The notes beneath the pieces are model-generated. The model worked only from the letters and a program-made list of their open reading frames with translations, was not told the origin of the DNA and made no database searches. 64,000 nt of DNA from Podarcis muralis (taxonomy: Eukaryota): NCBI RefSeq assembly GCF_964188315.1, contig NC_135665.1, positions 38,750,001 through 38,814,000 of the forward strand. Reading direction: 5' to 3'. Below, one piece after another: positions 51,301 to 60,300 of the stretch (position 1 is its first letter; every line of letters starts with the position of its first letter). Made by a program: the position numbers and the translations under genes.

Positions 51301-54300
51301 AAAGATTGAGGGCACAAGGAGAAGGGGACGACAGAGGACGAGATGGTTAGACAGTGTTCTCGAAGCTACCAGCATGAGTTTGACCAAACTGCGGGAGGCA
51401 GTGGAAGATAGGAGTGCCTGGCGTGCTCTGGTCCATGGGGTCACAAAGAGTCGGACTAAACAACAACCACCTCTTGGTAAAAATAAAAGATTTCTTTAGA
51501 TGCAATACTTGAAAAAGAATGAAAAGCCAGTCAAAAAATGCTGTCATAGAATGAGGAATCCTCTGAAATAGCATATTGGTGTGAGGCAATGCAAGGGAAA
51601 GAAGGGGGCGAGATTCCTATTCCCACCCTGATGTTTGCTGAATCAAAGTCATTTCTAGTCATGGAAGGGCATGTCTGAATCTATCCCATTTTACTTAACT
51701 GCAGAATCAGGATTAACCTCAGCGGGGAGGGAACATAGCAAACAAAAAGTAGAGAAGACATACGAAGATAAAACAGTATTTTGTTGATTAAGATAGAAAA
51801 ACTAAAAGTAGTAACTTGCAAACCAGGTCCATCAATTCAAGTGATACTTTTTTTTATACATAAAATGTATTTTTATGGATTCGCTTCTTGTACAGAGGGG
51901 GTGGGGAGGACCAACATACTATAACTTACAATTACAGGTGAGAGATTAGTATCCCAGATACTCTTCATCACTAAGAGGAAAAGTTATTATAATCTATTAT
52001 AAACTATTATTGGCAATCACTCAACCAATTAACAGGTTGACAGCTAATCATAGGTATCCAACAACACTTGCATATAACAACATGTAAAAAATTTTGTGTG
52101 TGTTATGTTTACTCTGGAAATCTGTGCTTGAAGAGGAAAACACAGTTCCAAAACATGCAAATATTTTTTACACAAATAGTTGGTCGAAGAAACAGAAATC
52201 ATTGTTTCTAGGCTGCTCCGAAGGCTGGCGGTGGGGCGGAGACACCTTCTCCCCGCGCCAGCCTTCGGATGGCTGTCCTGAAGACTTGCGGTGGGAGGAG
52301 GGTTTTCCTTCCCACCGCCAACATTCAGAATGCTGTTCTGAATGTTGGCAGTGGGGAGGAAAAACCCTCCTCCCACCGCAAGCCCCGGGAACAGAGGAGA
52401 AGCGCTGCGCGCCTTCCCCTCTGTTCCCGTACCTGTCCTGAAGGCTTGCGGTGGGAAGAAAAGCCCTTCTCCGCACCGCCAGCCTGGCAAGCGGTCTCCA
52501 TAGGAACGCATTAATTGATTTTCAATGCATTCCTATGGGAAACCGTGCTTCGCAAGACAAAAAACTCGCAAGAAGAAAAAACTTGCGGAAGGAATTAATT
52601 TTGTCTTGCGAGGCACCACTGTAAAGGTGCTAGAACTCAAAGCAGATCTGTTTAACTACCAGATTTAGGCCTGCACAATGGAACACCATCCTATCCTCCT
52701 TTCCCCCCACCCCCAAAATCTGCTCTGGAGGCTCCACCCTGCCCACTCCTTCTAGTGTTTTAAGAAGGGGGTCAGCTTCTTCCAACAGCCCCTTTTCAAA
52801 GGGTTTTATGAGAGCCCACCTCTTTCCCATCATAACCCTCATAGGCTCAAACAGAAGGGGGGCATCTTAAAGGAAAGAGGGTTGTCTTAAAGTTTTCATA
52901 AGTCTCTCCATGGTCCTCTTTTAAATCTTCAATATCAGGAGTTTAAAATAGGAGGGGACATCATATGATTGACGGGAGGCAGTCCCACAATGCCAGCACA
53001 GCCAAAAAGGTTCACCACCCCTCCTCTAAAAAAACACTTAAGTACTACAGTATCCAAGACTTGTTGGATAAGTAACTGTTACTGCCCTTCAACAGCTCTT
53101 CTGCCTTTCCCATTCAGAAAAGGAGCTTCCATCTCTTGCTGGTTAGTTGCTTGTCCCCTCTCCCCTCAGCAGCAAATGAGTGCTGCTAATACAGTGGTAT
53201 ATGGGGGGAGGAGGCAGGTGGACACTTGAAACCCACCAATATGTTTTGAGGCCCCATCTTTTGATTGGTGGGCCAGCAGTGACGTAGAATAGGAGGCTTA
53301 GCTTAGTGGTAGTGCCCCTTTGAGAGAAGCGGCAATGGTGACAGGAGGCAGAGCAGAACTGCTGGGCCATGCGGAGGCTGTGACACAGCACAGGCCCAGC
53401 GGAGACATGGTGTTCGGGACTTGGCAACACCTCTCTGCCCAGAGCTCCTTGGGGTGGGCGGGCTGCCCCTGGCCATGGAGGCTCTGTTGCTGGCTACCAT
53501 GTTTGACAACTGAATAAGGGGTGGCTGCTGAGCAGGGGGTGGCTGCCTGCCAGGAACTGCAGGGGTCAGGTTAGTTGGCTCTCAGGGACCTTCTAACTCT
53601 ACAGATCCCTCTCTTCAGTTAACCACTGACCTAAAGGATCGTGATGTTCCTGTATCATAAGCAACATCACTTGCAGGTTTGCGCCACAGATTTTTCTAAG
53701 ATAAACAGGTGGTATGAGCCTATGCACATTGGACTCCATGACTGATATCCAGTGATACCCACCCACTTGTGCCATGGACGTCAGCTTGCAATGGGTCTTC
53801 TGGTTTATATTCTGCCCCTCTAGCACCCTGTGCTTCCCTAAAATATGCTCTGGAGGGTCCCCATATCCCCTGAAACAGATTTTGTGTGTGGAAGAAGAAA
53901 GGAAGGGAAAACCTCACTGAATGAGCAGGTGCCTACTCACGTGATGTTGGAATGTCAGTGCATACACATTGACCTATGCACTGCAGGGGGTTGGTCCTTA
54001 GAGTCCCTTCCAACTCTACAGTTCTGTGATTCTATTATCTAATCCAGTTTCCTCAAATTTGGCCCTCCAGATGTTTTTGGCCTACAACTCCCATGATCCC
54101 TAGCTAGCAGGACCAGTGGTCAGGGATGATGGGAATTGTACTCTCAAAACATCTGGAGGGCCGGGTTTGAGGAAGCCTGATCTAATCCATGGACATGGAG
54201 GCACAATGTAGACAATCCTAGTTCCTCAATACATTAGGATTGCCCAGTTAGAACCTCATCTGAGACACACATTAATACTACCCACACATCAGATCACAGG

Positions 54301-57300
54301 CATTTTCTATCATTTTATGCTATTTGCTAATATTGTGCCACAGTTTGAGACTCAGATTGGACCACGCAGATTTATTAGCTCAAAATTCATTAAGGACTTA
54401 CTTTATAGGATATTCCATCCAAACCATTCATCCTTTCTGGCTTGTGTGCCTAATGAAACTGGCATACTACTATAGTAGGAGGCACAGTGCCATACTAACA
54501 GATGGCCCTGATGGTAAACATGCCAATGAACCAGTATATGCATCACATATAAATATCAGGGCTAGACTACTCTAAAATAAATCCAATCATTTATTTCTAT
54601 ACATTTCCATTACTTTTAAATAAGATGTGTATGCCCAGTGTGCACTAAACTAAAGGATTCTATATATAAATCCTGTATAACAACAGAAGTTATTCCGTCT
54701 CTTTCAGCATTAAACTCAGGAATCAGTATTGTACTGAAACACCATCTTCAATCCATTCTCAGCAAAGGAGCCATTTGCAAAACTCAAAGGCAGTTTGCTA
54801 CCCTGCTGCATTTGCTAGTACACATGTACTCTGAAAAGGGAAAAGGCTCCAATAAATTACAATCACATTTTGTTTGGCAGGAATCTAGTCTAAAGATGCA
54901 AATTCATGAAGTTGAACACTATTCTTCTAAATTTTGCCATCTGTTGAAATGTTCACATATTCTACCTACCACTATGCACTTTCCATATAATATGCCTCCA
55001 AATTTTGACATTTGGTTAAAGATTTCATTTTTACTGTTGCTGTTAAGATGCAGTTTCCAAAGGTAAGGAAAAGAAAGGCTTTTATAAAATTCACACATTT
55101 AAATATGACAGAACACGTTTAATTTGGAATCAGAACAGTAACTGCTGGCAAGAATAAACACTCTTGTATGAGAAACATTCCAAAATATCTGTAAAATCAG
55201 AAAATCAGTTCCACCTTAAATCAGCTGAACATTAAAATATTTTATACGTCTCTTCCTAAAGATATTCCAATCAAATAAACTTTACGTGAAGGATCAGTAT
55301 GAGCTATTGATATCTGGATCTTTTATAAAGCTTGTGGTTCTTGGTTTAAATGGCCAGATTACATCTTGATTAAGGGAACTTCTATCAATACTATTCAGAC
55401 ATTAAAACGAATTTTCAATTCTATCAAGAGATCTGAACCACTGCTTTCTCATCATATCACTCTACCCTCAGGTGAACAAGCTTTGCTATTCATTTCTGTG
55501 TTCCTGACATGCTTGGTCTAGTTCTAGCAATCAAAGTATTTGTTAGAAGTACTGCATACTGAATAGTTTGATGACGTTCTTCACCTCTGGTTCAAGTTCT
55601 AGAAACACTCTTACTTTTCAATGCAATTCAATTCAACCATTCCACACTTATCTTCAATGATGTAGGGCAGCAACTGACAACCTTTTAGGCCTGTGGACAT
55701 ATTTATAATTTTGAGTGTATACGATGGCATCACCTTCTCTGGATGCTTCTCCTGTCCCCCCAGACATAAAGTGCACACACTACTTTGCTTTTCCCAAAGG
55801 GTATGGGTAAAAGTCAGATTCAGCAGAATTAAAACAGTTCCTCTTGACACAGAGTTCCCCCAAAACAGCATCACTGATAGACAGCACAGAAAAGAAAACA
55901 ACTACCCTACAGATTTGGTGCTTGGATGGAATCTTGGATCCAATTATTTTTGCACAGGATGGCAACTAAACCACAACAAATTACCCAACATATATATATG
56001 AACACAGAGGTGACCAATAATTTGATGACATTTTTAGGGGATCCCATGTAAAAATTATGAGTATCCATAACTTGGAACTGTATTTCTCCACGAATTTTAT
56101 GTTTCAGTCCTTTCAGTCATGGTTCACAAACGTGAACCATGATTTGATGATGTCTGGGGAGGGAACCCATGAAAAAGCATGCAATTTAATGATAATTCAT
56201 TTTACTGGATCTCAGTTTGCATGTGTACGTGCACATGTGCCCCTTCTGTCACTCCATTCTCTCTGTCTCTGTCAACTCCTAAGGCACCCCACTTTCTCCC
56301 CCCAGTAGGGCTGGGCAATATCTGCTTTTCACCATTGTAATATATCACAAGCTAAACATTGAGATATACCAATATATCACAATGTCTGATATAAGGATGG
56401 AGCTATGTAGAGGCATTGGCTGGCTTCATGGATATTGCCGCATCGTGATTTTTGCTGGCACCTGCTCTTGTGATTCGCTGCCCCCTGCAGGAGGCAGGGG
56501 AGAGCTGAGCCAGCCGTTATAGGGGCTGCAGGAATTGAGAGAAGCATGGGCTGGCTTCAGTTTTCCAACATTGTGATTTCTGCATATTGTTTGTGCGCAC
56601 ACATATCATGATACGCTTGAATTTGTTTTATTTTGGATTGCTTTATTTGATGTTTTAATGTGTTATAAACTGCTTTGAGAGATTTTCTTTAAAATTTAAA
56701 GTGGTATAGAAATGAAATGGATCATAAGTCATTGGGGTGGGGTGGGGAATGGCACAGAGGCATTCTGTTGTGGCAAACGTAACCAAGATTTAAGGTGCCA
56801 TTTGGCAATTAGCTTATACATCTGAGTTTCTAACACTGGAAGCTAGGATGGGTAGAGGTTACCCAGTCAGTTAGTCCTAATTGCCTTAGGCCATGGGTAG
56901 GCAAACTAAGGCCTGGGGGCCGGATCCAGCCCAATCACCTTCTAACTCCGGCCCGTGGGTGGTCCGGGAATCAGCGTGTTTCACATGAGTAGAATATGTC
57001 CTTTTATTTAAAATGCATCTCTGGGCCATTTGTGGGCACAGGAATTCGTTCATTCCCCACCCCAAAAAAAATATAGTCCGGCCCCCCACAAGATCTGAGG
57101 GCTAGTGGACCGGCCCCCTGCTGAAAACGTTTTCTGACCCCTGCCTTAGGCCCTCCCCTCAACAGCCAGGTGTAGAGTTGTAGCCAATCTGAGCTGGGTG
57201 ATGGACCTCACCCTACAACAGCAGATCCTTCCTGTTGAGTAGGAACTCATGAGTTTGCCATGAGTTCTGCGAACAAGGCTCTCCTTGGTCAGAAGGGAGC

Positions 57301-60300
57301 AACTACGATAATCTCCCCTGGAGCGGATCTGACTTGCCTGAAAAATCTCTGGATTAGGACCATAGGAGTAAAGGCATATAAAAGCCCCACCCAGCCACAT
57401 CAGGGTATCCATGCCCATTGCTCCTTGGGTCCTGAACCGGGAAAACACCACCTTTCCATTTTCTGGACTAGCAGCAATGTCCACTCTTGGAAGGCCAAAG
57501 CAATCCACTATTTTCTAGAACATCTATGGATGAAGGATCCACTCTGTCTGCAGGTGGCTGACCCAGTCTGCTCAAGTATTGGGGGCACCCGCTATGTGCT
57601 CTGCTGATAGGGATTCTAGATACTGTTCCACCCAGGAGAGGAGGCTGGTTGCCTCTTGCATGAGAGCCTGTGACTTGCTTTCACCTTCTTTACATATATA
57701 TGCCTTGGTGGCAATGCTGTTGGAAAGGATCAGCCTGTGCTTGCCCTCCACCAGCCTCTCAGAGTGGAAGAGGGCCAGTCTGAGTGCTCCGAGTTCCAAC
57801 CAACTTATGAGTTATTTGGCTTCCTCCTTGGATCAGGTTTCTTGGACATACTGATCTTCTGTGCGGGGTCCACACACCAAGAGGGTCGCATCTGTCATTA
57901 TCTGCACCCATGGCTGCGCCCTGAAGGAGTGTCCCCTTTCTAAAGCCAGGGAAATCCACCACCTGAGGACCCTAATGGGCCTGTAGGAAGTGGGAGAACA
58001 TGGGGACTGCAGGTTGGCCCCAGAGCCTGACCTAGCCAGGTGAGTCACTCTGGGGTAAATGGCAGCATCTGGGGGGGGGGAGGCATGAGCAGTTGCCCTC
58101 CCTTCCTTTCATGCTTACCAATACTTCTGGGAGCACTGCAGCTTCTAGGACAGGCCATTCAGGTCCCCCATTACCTCTGTGGTCAAAAGACTCACTGTTG
58201 GGAACAGGGAGATCCCAGATCCATTTGCATGGGTGGTCTGGTTTCTCAGCCGATGAGTCCGCAGAGAGCTCCCCAATAGTAGTCAAATAACTAAGACTGA
58301 GCTTTCAGCAATCCCAAAATTAAGTTACAATAAGCATTTCCTTTTAAATTCTGTTTCACAATACAATCTAAAATTGCCTTGAAAGATCATAATTACTAAG
58401 GTGTTTTGTTTTTTTAACAAAAAATAAATCTTCTCTATAAACTCCAAAGTTTCAGAAACAAATGTTTCACTTGCAACAGTGCCTCTTTGAAAATGCCAAA
58501 TTGCAATGATACATTTTATTGAATATAAAGAAAGGAAACAACTAGATTACGAACAACAAGCAACACAATTACGTTTTAACCACACTTCCCAATTTACAGA
58601 ATGTAATGAAATCTTATTTGGTAATTAAATGCCAACTTAAACAAGATTGCCAATACAAATTACGTAACAAATGAATTGTGAGACTGCATGTGCCTCCTGC
58701 TCCAAAAGCTCTTCAAGACCTTAGATTTACCTGCAAGATCTGCCAACTCAAAATGGCATTTTTGATACCTTTCAGCCTATACAATATTCCAATTCTATGT
58801 TCTTCAGTAATCAAGTTTATTAATGGCTCATCTCATCTCATATCAATTTATCATATAAACCATAGGGCCACATTAGATATTCTTCTTACAAAATATTAAG
58901 GGCCAAACTAAATATAAAATTAACACAACTTGTTTGGAATGCCATGATTTTTTTTAAGAAAATAAACAGCAGCTTTGGGGTAGTGGGGGAGAAAAATCAG
59001 GACCAAAACCAAGGCAGGGTTGTTTTTTAAAGCACTTCAATAAATTTGAACATGAACACACATACACAAAGCTGCTTTCATTGGATGGCAGATTCTTTCT
59101 TGATGCAAATAGTAGCTGGGAGGGGCAATTTTTATCAGAACTACAGTGTGGAAGGAACAGGCTAGAAAACCCTCCCTCTTTGCTGCAATCCCAATTCTGA
59201 CTTGCTTCTCCCATATCTGCTATATAAAGTTAAAGAAGAAGCACACAATACTGTTTAACAAAGTGTGTCTAGTCCCAGGCCTACACTTCTGGGTGGTTGG
59301 CAGCAAGCTATCAAATTATGTTTTGGGAATTACATTAACTTACATTTATTAATTTTAATTTTTTACTGGTGTTGGGTATTTTACTAAACTGGACTTTTTA
59401 GCATTATGGCTGGTTCTGTTAGTGAATATTTTAGTGTTTTTTGTGTTTTGACTTCTGTATATTTAGGTGTGTTAGGACTCTCTAATAAAAAAACCCACCC
59501 AATTTGTGTTAATAGCAAATAAAATGTAAAGCAGAACTCTGAGCTATGTCATCATGATACCTTTTCCCTAGTTAAAGTTAAGACACTGGTGCTGACACTA
59601 CAAGATGAGCATCTCTTTGTTGTAAAAATTATTTCTCACTTTTATGGATACATGATTTAAAGTAGCTTGCCATGCCACAGAAGACTGAAAATAGGCAGTA
59701 CTATGTCCGAGAGGTAAAATAAATAATGGCACACAAACAGCATACTGTAGGTAGGAGACTAGTTAGAAGTGAAAGCAGATTAGGGTTTATGTTTCCACTT
59801 CTGTGAAAGCAAGGTTTCAAAAGACCACCTGTGAACATGACACATTACTACATAAGACTTATTCCCAAGGCACATGTTCAGGTCTGTATGTGTAAAGTAG
59901 CAAAGGTTCCTTAAGGAACCCTATCAGAAGAGAAAGCTAACAAAATTACTCAATTATGTGATTTAAATTAAGTATAAATAATTCTGTTCTATTATTCATC
60001 TAGGTTTATAAATGGTTTGAACTTCAACTTTAAAAAGTATTTTCTTCTGTTTTGTTTAAATGAATGAACAGCACTGACTAGCAACCTTTTTGAACTCAAA
60101 ACCTTTCTAATTTACAATGTTTCAAGAGTACAGACTAATCACTCACTTGTACACACACATGCACACAAAGTAGTATTATCAAGCTATAACCAGCAAAATT
60201 AGATATTCTACATGTGGCACTTGTTTTTACTGGAAAATGTATTGTGTTAATTTCCTTGAGAATATTGCAGACAAACCTGAAACACTGAAGTTACAAATAG

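Noticed and set aside
52630-53900. GC-richer stretch with 60-95 aa ORFs
   Set aside because: Probably a decayed retroelement, but no diagnostic motif could be read; not assigned.
54638-55066. 142-aa + strand ORF
   Set aside because: GTG start, AT-rich intron, no recognisable domain or splice structure; consistent with chance.
55565-56165. TGATGA / CTGA box-like words (snoRNA?)
   Set aside because: No terminal stem or proper C/D spacing; expected by chance in AT-rich DNA.
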